The notes beneath the pieces were generated by a model. The model did not search any database. It had not been told where the DNA came from and worked only from the letters and a program-made list of their open reading frames with translations. Below, in pieces: positions 29,053-38,258 of a stretch of 64,000 bases of DNA (its first letter is position 1; every line of letters starts with the position of its first letter). A program made the position numbers and the translations under genes. The stretch is from a virus, in IMG/VR virus record IMGVR_UViG_3300036715_001290, positions 76,490 to 140,489 of that record. One strand, given 5' to 3'.

Positions 29053-29730
29053 ATGAACATATCATATGCAATAACGGTACATAATGAACATTTTGAATTT
29101 AAGAGATTAACAAACTTACTTTTAAAGTATTTAGGTCCTAATGATGAAATTGTAATTTTACAAGATATTCAAAGTGATATAAATATAGAAGAAATGGATT
29201 TTGAAACTGTTGAAACATTAAAACATATAGCAGTTTTAACAAATGATCCAAATGTCTGTTTACGTATTAAATATAGAAAAATAAAATTTGATGGTGATTT
29301 TAGTAAATTAAAAAATACATTAATATCATTATGTAAAAATGAATATATTTTTCATTTTGATGCAGATGAATATCCAAATGAAAATTTATTAATAAATCTA
29401 AAAGAACAAATTATACAGGCTAATCCATCATGTGAAATGTTTTGGGTACCTAGAATTAATACTGTTAAAGGTATAACAAAAAGACATATAGCAATGTGGG
29501 GTTGGAATGTTAATGATAAAGGTTGGATAAATTATCCTGATTATCAACAACGTCTTTGGAAAAATGTACCTAATATTCAATTTACAGGAAAGGTTCATGA
29601 AAGATTAATTGGTGCTAATACATTTATGATATTACCTGCCTTTGAAATTTATTCAATATATCATCCAAAAGATATTAAAAAACAAGAATCACAAAATAAA
29701 TTATATAGTCAATTACAGGAAACAAAATGA
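29053..29730 (+). CDS. Glycosyltransferase family 2
   Basis: ISYAITVHNE, FDADE, PRIN, PDYQ.R and VHE. Confidence 0.88.
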   Translation: MNISYAITVHNEHFEFKRLTNLLLKYLGPNDEIVILQDIQSDINIEEMDFETVETLKHIAVLTNDPNVCLRIKYRKIKFDGDFSKLKNTLISLCKNEYIFHFDADEYPNENLLINLKEQIIQANPSCEMFWVPRINTVKGITKRHIAMWGWNVNDKGWINYPDYQQRLWKNVPNIQFTGKVHERLIGANTFMILPAFEIYSIYHPKDIKKQESQNKLYSQLQETK

Positions 29731-30581
29731 TAATAGATTTAAAGTATAAAATATATGCAGCAATTGCTGTAGTAATAATAGCTGTGTTTACATACTTTGT
29801 GTATACAAATTATGAATTAAAAAATGAGTTATATAAAACACAAACCGAATATAAAGTTAGTGCTCAGAATTTGGTTGCGACTCAAGACCAATTAAAATTA
29901 AAAACAGATAGTTTACAAAATGTAGCATTATTTGTTGATGACTTAAATCAAAAAAATTCAGATTTAATTTCAACAAATGCACAACTTAAAAATGCATATG
30001 TTTTAGTTAAATCATCATATTCTATATTAAGAGATAGTTTTGTTGTTATCGGTAATGCGTATACTAAAATAATAGGTGATTCCGTTTATGTTACATTTCT
30101 TGGATATAAAAAAGGAATACATTATAATGGATTTACATTATATAATTTGGATAGTAAAAAATCAAATTATGAATTGTCATTGGTGTTAGATACATCAAAG
30201 ATAAATTCAATTATATTTATAGATTCAACAAAAACATTTATTAGAAATTTAGTTTATATTGATAATGAATTAATAACTGAAATAAAAACAACAATAGATA
30301 AAAAGCTATTTATTAATATTATTAATGATGGCGGATTAAAAAGAGATACTACATCATTCTTAGATAATTTATCATTAAAATTAGGAATATTTGGTATTAG
30401 TGATTATAGTAAAGTTATAACTACTGATTATGGAATAGCAATGTCAGCATTTATAGATTATAAATCAACCGAATATAATGTATATGCAGGTTATGTATTA
30501 TCAAATAGAGCAGAGTTCAATAAATTCCAACTTGGATTACAACATACATTAACATTCAAAAAGTTTTTATCTATATTTTAA
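29727..30581 (+). CDS. Membrane-anchored coiled-coil protein (possible spanin-like lysis protein)
   Basis: N-terminal TM helix followed by a heptad-rich segment. The function is inferred only. Confidence 0.5.
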   Translation: MIIDLKYKIYAAIAVVIIAVFTYFVYTNYELKNELYKTQTEYKVSAQNLVATQDQLKLKTDSLQNVALFVDDLNQKNSDLISTNAQLKNAYVLVKSSYSILRDSFVVIGNAYTKIIGDSVYVTFLGYKKGIHYNGFTLYNLDSKKSNYELSLVLDTSKINSIIFIDSTKTFIRNLVYIDNELITEIKTTIDKKLFINIINDGGLKRDTTSFLDNLSLKLGIFGISDYSKVITTDYGIAMSAFIDYKSTEYNVYAGYVLSNRAEFNKFQLGLQHTLTFKKFLSIF

Positions 30582-30667
30582 TATGATAAGGTGTCATAAT
30601 GAATTTAGTTCCATTTTGGTTATCTAATTTATTAACAAAAGATAAAGGTTTACAAAGGAAAAAGATT

Positions 30668-31657
30668 ATGAAGATATTAACTATATCTGATTTATATGGT
30701 AGAAAAGATTGGTTACAATTTGCAAAACGTATTAATGAATATGATAAAATAATATTCTTAGGAAATTATACAGATGGTCCATTTAAAGACCAAAATGATA
30801 TGTTAGCTAATTTAGGTAATAATCCTAAAAGAATAAATGCAGAATTTGGTGTAACATCCGATGAGATTATGTTGCATTTTGAATTAATGTTAAAATTCAA
30901 ACATAAGTATCAAGATAAAATAGAATTATTATTAGGACCTAAAGATGTACAATATTTATATATGACGGATTCTGATTTAAGATCTATTACATTCAGACGT
31001 AATGTAGCATTAAAATTAAATGGGTATTTAACAAAATATCGTAAATATTTTAAAGTTGCATATCAACATCCAAATTTTCCATATCTTTGGACAAATGCAG
31101 GATTATCAAATATTGCTTTACGAGAAATATATAAAGATTATAATCCAACAAGTGGAATGAGACTTGATACTTATTTTAATGCATTATTTGATGCGGATGA
31201 TAAAAGGTTATTTATTTCAAATGATTTATTAATGACAAATGAAAAAATACCAAGATCTATTTTACATACTCATGCATTAGAATTAAAAAATGATATGGTT
31301 GTAGGATTGAATCAAATAGTTGGTGGTGATTTTACTACAGGTGTAATGGATGTTAGAAATGAATATGATCCTGCTGATGAATTAGAACGCAAACTTAATA
31401 AAAGAGTAGATGTTACTGATAATTATGCAAGTGTATTAGAACAGTCGGTAACAGCTGCACGAAATGCAATGTTTGCTGGTGATAAAGATTCTAATATTAT
31501 TAATAACATTAATGATATGGATATGTTACCAAGACCAGATCCTACAACTGGAATATTTTTTACAAATTGTACATTTAAAGTTAAAGAATTTTTAGTACTT
31601 AATATTAAAGATGACGGTTCATATGTAATGTCTGTTGAAAAATATGAAGATAAATAG
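30668..31657 (+). CDS. Calcineurin-like metallophosphoesterase homolog with degenerate metal ligands
   Basis: SDLYG, LGNYTD, LGPKD and TNAG align to DxHG, GDxxD, GNHD and THAG. Confidence 0.7.
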   Translation: MKILTISDLYGRKDWLQFAKRINEYDKIIFLGNYTDGPFKDQNDMLANLGNNPKRINAEFGVTSDEIMLHFELMLKFKHKYQDKIELLLGPKDVQYLYMTDSDLRSITFRRNVALKLNGYLTKYRKYFKVAYQHPNFPYLWTNAGLSNIALREIYKDYNPTSGMRLDTYFNALFDADDKRLFISNDLLMTNEKIPRSILHTHALELKNDMVVGLNQIVGGDFTTGVMDVRNEYDPADELERKLNKRVDVTDNYASVLEQSVTAARNAMFAGDKDSNIINNINDMDMLPRPDPTTGIFFTNCTFKVKEFLVLNIKDDGSYVMSVEKYEDK

Positions 31658-31665
31658 GTAATATA

Positions 31666-31854
31666 ATGACTTACGATTATAAGTGTTGTAAATGTAAAAC
31701 TGTAAAGGAAGTTACATTTAAGAATATTGCTGAAAAAGAAAAGTCCGTTGTTGTTTGTGAATGTGGTTATATAATGAAGCAAACTTTTAACAATGGACAT
31801 GGTGGTTTTGTATTATTAGGCGGTGGGTGGCCTGGGAAATCTATAAAAAAATAG
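31666..31854 (+). CDS. FmdB-family zinc ribbon protein
   Basis: YDYKC..C...CECG...GGGW. Confidence 0.75.
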   Translation: MTYDYKCCKCKTVKEVTFKNIAEKEKSVVVCECGYIMKQTFNNGHGGFVLLGGGWPGKSIKK

Positions 31855-32081
31855 TATAACCTATTTTTATGTTATATTTATATTGAAAATTGATAAATAC
31901 ATTATAAAGACTTATTTTGTATTTGACTGATTGTTTATATAGACTAACCATGTTAACACTTCTGGTGGGCATCTAATGGGTTAATTACCTATTTTATGAT
32001 CACAATATACATTATATTGTGATATTTTAATTAAAATTTGAACTCTATTGACATTTATCATTAAATTGGATATATTTGTAT

Positions 32082-32231
32082 ATGAAAAAATTCAAATACA
32101 ACGATCATAAAACAAATGATTATATAATTGTATATGCAACCGATATTTTGGCTGCTGATATAATTTATGAAAAAATAACTAAAATTAATCCAGTTAAGGC
32201 ATCATATATTGGTTGTGAGACTTTAAAATAA
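32082..32231 (+). CDS. Small hypothetical protein (49 aa), apparently leaderless
   Basis: MKKFKYNDHK...CETLK; the ATG lies 5 nt after the -10 box. Confidence 0.5.
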   Translation: MKKFKYNDHKTNDYIIVYATDILAADIIYEKITKINPVKASYIGCETLK

Positions 32232-32303
32232 AAATTTTAAACTCTATTGACATTGATGATAATCTTAGTTATATTTGATTATACAATTTTTGAAAGATAA
32301 TAA

Positions 32304-32621
32304 ATGAAACGAGAAGATCCTAAACCCGAAGTTGGTATGGGAGCAACCTACCAAGTTGGTTCTGATAGATATGCAGGTACAATTACTGAAGTATCTGAGA
32401 ATCTAAAAGAGGTTTGGTTTCAATATGATGATGCAATTCGTGTTGATGGTAATGGAATGAGCGAATCTCAAAAATATGAGTTCAAACCAAATAAGTTTGC
32501 ATCAAAAGTTTTATTTACACTTAGAAAAAATGGAAAATATCTTAGACAAGGTACTCCATTAAATCGCGGTGTTGGTTTAGGAATTGGCAGAAGATCTCAT
32601 TATTATGATTTTAGTTTTTAA
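32304..32621 (+). CDS. Conserved phage hypothetical protein
   Basis: PEVGMGAT...GSDRY...G.R..YYD.SF; has its own promoter. Confidence 0.7.
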   Translation: MKREDPKPEVGMGATYQVGSDRYAGTITEVSENLKEVWFQYDDAIRVDGNGMSESQKYEFKPNKFASKVLFTLRKNGKYLRQGTPLNRGVGLGIGRRSHYYDFSF

Positions 32622-32973
32622 TATTTAATTTCAAACTCTATTGACAATCATATAAAAATTGATTAAATTTGTATTATAAAAATTGAAATGGAAAAAAATT
32701 GAAAAATATTGAAAACTGTACATCTCATGGTAGATTACCTAGACTCCCAGGACCAGGGAAAATAACTGCGAAAATTTCAAATATAGCTAATCAATTTAAT
32801 GATAAGCTTGATTGGTCAATTGTTGATGATAGTTGTAATTTTCATTATTATGAAATTGGTGCATCAGTACCAAACTCAACAAGCTTAACATTGGTTACTA
32901 TTAATACATTAAGTACTGATAGGTTGATTACTCTTTTAAAGAAATTGTTAATTATTAAATATTAATAATACAT

Positions 32974-33086
32974 CGGGAGTTGGTGTAATTGGGAACATGT
33001 TGGATGACGGTTAACTCGAAAGAGTATGAGTTGCAAATCATAGACTGAACTCTGAAGACGGTAGGTTCGAATCCTATACTCTCCGA
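32974..33086 (+). ncRNA. tRNA-like RNA with an expanded, branched anticodon region
   Basis: Acceptor stem, D-loop and GGTTCGAATCC T-arm are intact, with ~60 nt between the D and T arms. Confidence 0.55.
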
Positions 33087-33092
33087 CTAAAT

Positions 33093-33163
33093 GGTCCAGA
33101 AGTGTTACGGTAGCACACTCGCCTTTGACGCGAGTCGCGTAGGTTCGACTCCTGCTTGGACTA
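33093..33163 (+). tRNA. tRNA-Gln(TTG)
   Basis: Cloverleaf; anticodon arm CTCGC-CTTTGAC-GCGAG. Confidence 0.85.
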
Positions 33164-33187
33164 CAAATAAAATAATAAAGGTTATAA

Positions 33188-33604
33188 ATGGCAAAGTTCA
33201 CAAAATTTGATAAAAGAGAATGCCAAGAAATTCGTGTTCTTATTAATAAAAAGTTAGCAGAATTATCGACATATGGTGTTGATATTAAACTGTTAAATAT
33301 AAAATACAGTGAATTTGAATTTAAAGCTTCTATTGAAGCAAAGATTGTTGGTAAAGAAGAAGATAGCCAAGCACAAAAAACACAAGCTGCTATGTGGGGA
33401 TATTCTGACAATGAAAAAGCAATTCTCAATAGGAATTGGGGTAAAAAGTTTATTGAGCCCGGGACTAGTAAAACAATGATACTTGTTGGATTGGATCCTA
33501 AGAAACCTAAGAATTGTGTAATACTTAAAGGTATTGATGGTACATCTTACAGAGCAAGTAAAAAATATTTGGATTCTTTAATTGCAAAAAAAATTATTAA
33601 ATAA
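33188..33604 (+). CDS. Hypothetical protein
   Basis: 138-aa ORF. Confidence 0.65.
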   Translation: MAKFTKFDKRECQEIRVLINKKLAELSTYGVDIKLLNIKYSEFEFKASIEAKIVGKEEDSQAQKTQAAMWGYSDNEKAILNRNWGKKFIEPGTSKTMILVGLDPKKPKNCVILKGIDGTSYRASKKYLDSLIAKKIIK

Positions 33605-33897
33605 TGAAACATGAATTACAAAAAGTCGAATTTACATTAATACATCGTAATGATATTGAATCATTAGCAAGAAAACATTATGAATTAAAAAGTGGTAATT
33701 TTGATAATTATTGTTTAGGTGGAGATTATTCATATATTCCATATCATTTGAAACATAATAAATTTTATAATGATGAATATGATGAAATTGTAAATCATAA
33801 TGATGAATCATGTATACAATTTCCTGTTATTATAACAGCATTAATTCATGATGGTTTTTTACCTGCTGAAAATTATTTAGTAGATTGTACTTGTTAG
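33604..33897 (+). CDS. Hypothetical protein
   Basis: 97-aa ORF coupled to the previous gene. Confidence 0.6.
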   Translation: MKHELQKVEFTLIHRNDIESLARKHYELKSGNFDNYCLGGDYSYIPYHLKHNKFYNDEYDEIVNHNDESCIQFPVIITALIHDGFLPAENYLVDCTC

Positions 33898-33997
33898 AAA
33901 TTTGGTCGATTGGTGTAACGATAGCACACTCCCGTGTTGTGGGATGTGGTTGAGGTTTAATTCCTCAGTCGACCGCTAAAGTTAATAAGGATTTTAT

Positions 33998-34248
33998 ATG
34001 ACGTTTGAAAACATTATAGGATATATATTTATACTTTTAATACTTTGTATTATACCATTTAGTTGGTATTTGGCCAAAAAAGAAGTTGCTTGGCAAAAAG
34101 AACAGGATAAAAACGTTCAAAATATATAAAAAAATATGGATGTTTAGGTTCAACTAAAACTTTAAAAATTGACCGTTCTAATAAATATAACAGTGATGAT
34201 GACGATGGTCCACTTAGTCCATCTGCATTAATATTAATGTGTACATAG
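33998..34248 (+). pseudogene. Small membrane protein gene apparently frameshifted in an A-run
   Basis: MTFENIIGYIF...QDK continues as KRSKYIKKYGCLG...LMCT if one A is added near 34110. Confidence 0.4.
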
Positions 34249-34405
34249 GAGATATTATGGTTAGTGAAGTAGGTAATTTTAGCAATTATAAAAAAGTTAA
34301 ACATGATGAGTGGGGAGCACCTCACAGAAAAGGTAAAACTTTATTTTCTCGTAAACTTCGTAAAGTTATTAAAACACATGTTATTCATATTATGAAATAT
34401 GATTT

Positions 34406-34477
34406 AGCGGAATAGAGTGGATAAGAACTCGCTTCCCTAATAAGGAAGAGATCGCAGATACAAAACTGCTTCCGCCC
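34406..34477 (+). tRNA. Atypical tRNA with AAT anticodon and initiator-like body
   Basis: Anticodon arm CTTCC-CTAATAA-GGAAG, 1:72 mismatch and non-canonical T-loop. Confidence 0.5.
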
Positions 34478-34582
34478 CGTTTGATTTTCGTAAGAGTGAT
34501 GTAATTGTGAGCTAGGCGTTAAGATCGCTACTTAATGGATTACACGGTGATAAAGAGTCTAGACACTTACGAAAATCCATAT

Positions 34583-34653
34583 CTTCCATTAGCTTAGTGG
34601 TAAAGCAGCCGTCTCTAAAACGGTGATCGTTTGTTCAATTCAAACATGGAGGA
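34583..34653 (+). tRNA. Amber suppressor tRNA (CTA)
   Basis: Acceptor CTTCCAT/ATGGAGG, anticodon arm GCCGT-CTCTAAA-ACGGT and T-arm GTTTG-TTCAATT-CAAAC. Confidence 0.85.
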
Positions 34654-34665
34654 CAACAAAATAGA

Positions 34666-35136
34666 ATGATTATGGAAAAACATATAGATACTACAAAATA
34701 TGAGACATTGGCTCATATGAAAAGAGTTCAGGATTTAATGAACTTATTTGTTTATGAAATTCTTAAAAGAGGTTCTGTACATGATGCAAGTAAATTGCAA
34801 TCACCTGAACTTGAAGGTTTTCATGAAAAAACTGCACAATTAAATGCAATAACTTATGATGGACCTGAATATAGACAATCCTTAAAGGATTTAGAACAAA
34901 CTCTTTTACATCATTATGGACATAATCGACATCATCCTGAACATTTCAGAAATGGTGTATCTGACATGACTTTGATAGATCTTATTGAAATGTTTTGCGA
35001 TTGGAAAGCATCTTCAGAAAGACAAAAGAACGGTAACATCAGGCAAAGTTTAGAAAAGAACACTGATAAATTTAATTTACCGCCATTATTGGTTAAAATA
35101 TTAAATAATACAATTGATATTTTTGATAAAGAATAA
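34666..35136 (+). CDS. HD-like protein (DUF5662-type)
   Basis: HDASKL...HHY..NRHHPEH...EM.CDW. Confidence 0.75.
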   Translation: MIMEKHIDTTKYETLAHMKRVQDLMNLFVYEILKRGSVHDASKLQSPELEGFHEKTAQLNAITYDGPEYRQSLKDLEQTLLHHYGHNRHHPEHFRNGVSDMTLIDLIEMFCDWKASSERQKNGNIRQSLEKNTDKFNLPPLLVKILNNTIDIFDKE

Positions 35137-35270
35137 TTTTAATAATTCTGAATAGGAAAGGATGGACATCATGATTAAGCGTTGGTAGAACCAAGTACAT
35201 GGTCCTTAAGTATAACTTTTAAACATAGTTAACTAAAAAATAATTAATATTAAAAGAAAGAACAAGGATC

Positions 35271-35582
35271 ATGACTGGTAAAATGTTAGAACTAAAAAAC
35301 TTAATTAAATTAAATTCTGAATATAATTCTATTTATAAATTGTATATCAGAAATAAAGCAACAGAAAAACAAGTTGCTAAAATGGATAAGCTAAACGAAA
35401 TAGCTAATTCAACCGAAGGTATGAAAATAATTTTTAACTTAAGATTATATCATATTGCATATGCTTTACTTAAAGGTAGAACATACGAACAAATTGAAAA
35501 TACAGTTAAATTGAATAATCAGTTAACTGCCGACAATTGGAAACGTATTCAAACTATTATAAGTGAGGTAATGAATGGATAA
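35271..35582 (+). CDS. Hypothetical protein
   Basis: 103-aa ORF with an R..HIAY.LLKGRTY.QIE pattern, coupled to the Pth2-like gene. Confidence 0.65.
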   Translation: MTGKMLELKNLIKLNSEYNSIYKLYIRNKATEKQVAKMDKLNEIANSTEGMKIIFNLRLYHIAYALLKGRTYEQIENTVKLNNQLTADNWKRIQTIISEVMNG

Positions 35583-35874
35583 AATGTATATTATTGTACG
35601 TAAAGATTTAGGACCAATCTATAAAATGGTTCAAGGTGCACATGCACTTGCCGCATTTTCATTGGAAAATACGTAGCTTTTTGAAAATTGGAATAATGAA
35701 TATTTGATATTTTTAGATGTTAAAGATAAATATTCATTATTAAAAACAACTGAGATGTTATCTGATAAAGATATTAAGTTCACAATCTTTTATGAGCCTG
35801 ATATTGATGAAGTAACGGCAATTGCTTGTTATACATCAGAAGATACATTCAAAAAATATCAAGTTGCAAAATAA
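35575..35874 (+). CDS. Peptidyl-tRNA hydrolase (Pth2-like) with an internal TAG at codon 34
   Basis: Not in the ORF track. It reads MDKMYIIVRKDLG...VQGAHALAAF...ENT*LFENWNNEYLIFL...FYEPDIDEVTAIAC..., with TAG at 35674-35676. Confidence 0.75.
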
Positions 35875-35879
35875 ATACA

Positions 35880-36007
35880 AACTCTATTGACATTAGTATT
35901 TTAATTGGTTAAATTTATATTAACAAATTTATTTAATACACAATTAAAAACTTTGTAAAAAATTAATTTCAAACTCTATTGACATTAAAACAAATATTGG
36001 TTATATT
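35880..36007 (+). promoter_or_regulatory. Two tandem sigma70-type promoters (-35 at 35887, 35979)
   Basis: AACTCTATTGACA-N17-TA(T/A)ATT. Confidence 0.8.
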
Positions 36008-36237
36008 TATATTATAAAATTGATTGATTAAATCAATTACATCTCGTTGGTGTAAGATGAAGCACGTCTACGATTATGTAGAAGGTAGAGAATTTATTTT
36101 TAAAGTTTATAAAAATTTCTTCGATTCCCTTTGGCGAGGGTGGGAGTATATAATCCGAGTTATATATAGAAGCGGAAGACACGCTGAATGCATGAGCAGA
36201 AGTCAACTAGTTAAATGATCCTCGTTATTTTATTAAT

Positions 36238-36323
36238 GCCAGTACCGCAGAGATGGTGAATTGCGGCGGACTGTAAATCCGTTCATCCAAAAGATGTTGT
36301 AGGTTCGAATCCTTCTGCTGGCA
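36238..36323 (+). tRNA. tRNA-Tyr(GTA)
   Basis: GCGGA-CTGTAAA-TCCGT with a long variable arm. Confidence 0.88.
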
Positions 36324-36337
36324 CAAACATATTTAAT

Positions 36338-36406
36338 GGCACCGACTCAGGGCAAGAGGACTGTCTGTAAAACAGGAACTTGAAGGTTCGAATCCTTCCG
36401 GTGCCA
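36338..36406 (+). tRNA. tRNA(GTA), compact form without a long variable arm
   Basis: CTGT-CTGTAAA-ACAG with a canonical T-arm. Confidence 0.7.
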
Positions 36407-36462
36407 CTCTTAATAAAGATAATGGTATAATGAAATATACATTATATTTATTGATATTACAT

Positions 36463-36536
36463 TGCGGGGTAGAGAAGAGGTCATCTCATTTGGCTCATAA
36501 CCAAAAAATCGCAGGTTCGAATCCTGCTCATCGCAA
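36463..36536 (+). tRNA. tRNA-Met(CAT)
   Basis: TTTGG-CTCATAA-CCAAA. Confidence 0.8.
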
Positions 36537-36541
36537 CAAAT

Positions 36542-36615
36542 GCTGCATTGTTTAGAAGTGGTTTCTATACGGTATCATAAACCGACAAAGATTGGTTCAA
36601 TTCCAATATGCAGTA
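36542..36615 (+). tRNA. tRNA(CAT), Met or Ile2
   Basis: CGGT-ATCATAA-ACCG. Confidence 0.65.
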
Positions 36616-36681
36616 CAATGATTTTTCCACGTCAGAATGGAAACATGTTAATCAAGTCATGTATAAAAATTGATTAATTAT

Positions 36682-36757
36682 GGGCTTAGGAATTGCTAGG
36701 GGTGATTGTCTGATTTGCAATCAGAATATCAGTTGGGTTCGAATCCCAATAGGTCCA
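36682..36757 (+). tRNA. tRNA-Ala(TGC)
   Basis: TCTGA-TTTGCAA-TCAGA with G3:U70. Confidence 0.88.
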
Positions 36758-36763
36758 CAATAT

Positions 36764-36838
36764 GTGCTTAAGGTGTAACGTTTACATACCGTGCGTGGAG
36801 CGCGGAGATGGATGGTTCAATTCCTCCTAAGCACACCA
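36764..36838 (+). tRNA. tRNA(TGG), Pro-like, atypical
   Basis: CCGTG-CGTGGAG-CGCGG; ends in ACCA. Confidence 0.6.
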
Positions 36839-36846
36839 ATTAAAAT

Positions 36847-36922
36847 GGTTCTATGGTATAACGGTTTATTACTCTACCCTGTCACGGTAGAGACCAGGGT
36901 TCGATTCCCCGTAGGACCGCCA
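36847..36922 (+). tRNA. tRNA-Asp(GTC)
   Basis: CTACC-CTGTCAC-GGTAG; ends in GCCA. Confidence 0.9.
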
Positions 36923-36925
36923 TTT

Positions 36926-36999
36926 GGTTTCATAGCTCAATTGGTTAGAGCAATTGACTCATAATCAATAGGTTATAGGTTCAAGTCCTATTGGGACCA
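36926..36999 (+). tRNA. tRNA(CAT), Ile2 or Met
   Basis: ATTGA-CTCATAA-TCAAT. Confidence 0.88.
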
Positions 37000-37012
37000 C
37001 TTAAAAATATAT

Positions 37013-37086
37013 GGGCACATGGTATAGTGGATTAACATTAGGTGGCTGTCAACCACCAGACACGGGTTCGATTCCCGTTGCGCCCG
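37013..37086 (+). tRNA. tRNA-Asp(GTC)
   Basis: GGTGG-CTGTCAA-CCACC. Confidence 0.85.
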
Positions 37087-37100
37087 CTTTTAGAAATTAT

Positions 37101-37347
37101 GGGCCGTTAGTATAACATAAGTATACCCTGCAAGGGCGGGGAGACTCCGGTGTAAAACTCCGGAACGGCCCTCCAATTGATTAAATATCGCGCGGATAGT
37201 TCAACGTAAGAACACTGTTAGGTAATAGCAGTGACTTCGGTCAACTCCGAAACTGCGCGTCAATTAATAATCATGAAATAGGGTAATCCGGTTATCCCGC
37301 TGGGTCTGATTCCCAGAGATTGTGTGGTTCGAATCCCACTTTCATGA
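37101..37347 (+). tRNA. Three atypical tRNA-like genes (37101-37175, 37189-37262, 37272-37347) of unclear identity
   Basis: Acceptor, D and T stems are present, but the anticodon loops are non-canonical. Confidence 0.5.
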
Positions 37348-37358
37348 CAAAATTATAT

Positions 37359-37433
37359 CGCGAGATAGAGCAGTCTGGCAGCTCGCAGGGTTCATAACCC
37401 TGAGGTCGTGTGGTTCAAATCCCACTCTCGCTA
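37359..37433 (+). tRNA. Initiator tRNA-fMet(CAT)
   Basis: C1 mismatch and CAGGG-TTCATAA-CCCTG with three G-C pairs. Confidence 0.88.
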
Positions 37434-37581
37434 CTAACAGGTAAATCATTCCTGTATAATAAATGATTCATTTTTTAATGTTTTTATAAAAACCATTATT
37501 ATATGTATGTAATGTTAACAAACAATATAATGGAAAAAAATGAAACAGTTCAAAAAATAGAAAGATGCTTATAAAGAACAA

Positions 37582-37956
37582 ATGGGAAAACATAACTATA
37601 ACAATGGTATATATTTTTCTGTTGAATCAGGAATATCTAATATAGATGATTTGCCTTTTGCTGTAGGTGAAAACTTATGGATAATTATGGCCGATGGTTT
37701 TTATTTGTATGATTATGAAGAATCAGCTACTGAGTACGGTGTAACATCCGATGGTAGATGGGTTGCTTTATCTGATGGACATTGTTCTTGTTATGGTTGG
37801 GAAGCTTCGGAAGGAGATTGTACTTACTATAAAAATTTGTTAGAATTATTAAAATGTGATAATAATGCGAAAGTAATATTAAAACATAAAGATATTTTAA
37901 TACAAGTTTATCCGTTCTTGAAAAAGTACTTTACTAAAAAAGTATTAGCATGCTAA
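37582..37956 (+). CDS. Hypothetical protein
   Basis: 124-aa ORF containing GHCSCYG. Confidence 0.65.
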   Translation: MGKHNYNNGIYFSVESGISNIDDLPFAVGENLWIIMADGFYLYDYEESATEYGVTSDGRWVALSDGHCSCYGWEASEGDCTYYKNLLELLKCDNNAKVILKHKDILIQVYPFLKKYFTKKVLAC

Positions 37957-37967
37957 TACTTAAATAC

Positions 37968-38038
37968 GCAATCATAGTTTATTGGTAGAATCTCTGGCTC
38001 TCAACCAGAGGAGATGGGATCGTAACCCATTGGTTGCA
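37968..38038 (+). tRNA. tRNA-Glu(CTC)
   Basis: TCTGG-CTCTCAA-CCAGA. Confidence 0.8.
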
Positions 38039-38046
38039 CAAATCAT

Positions 38047-38120
38047 CAGGCTATAGTATATGTGGTGAGTACGCATGACTTTCAATCATGAGTGGTCGGG
38101 TTCGAGTCCCGCTAGCCTGA
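38047..38120 (+). tRNA. tRNA-Glu(TTC)
   Basis: CATGA-CTTTCAA-TCATG. Confidence 0.85.
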
Positions 38121-38258
38121 CAATATGATCATCAACTCGTTTAAGATGACAATCATACCGATAAGTTAACTCTGTCGCTGTATGCACGAGTAAAAGATCT
38201 ATTATATAAACAATTAATACTATCCGTAAACAGTCTGGATGTCTAATATTTTTAATAT

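Larger units (their letters stand above)
32041..32669 (+). promoter_or_regulatory. Three tandem sigma70-type promoters (-35 at 32048, 32247, 32641)
   Basis: AACTCTATTGACA-N17-TA(T/A)ATTTG repeated three times. Confidence 0.8.

Noticed and set aside
3524-31800. Minus-strand ORFs nested in long plus-strand genes (3524, 4695, 7971, 17681, 25740, 26220, 31423 and others)
   Set aside because: They are antisense shadows typical of AT-rich coding DNA, with no motifs or promoters.
36040-36142. tRNA-like remnants at ~36040, ~39793 and ~41953
   Set aside because: They are too degenerate (broken stems, AT-rich insertions) to assign an identity or function.
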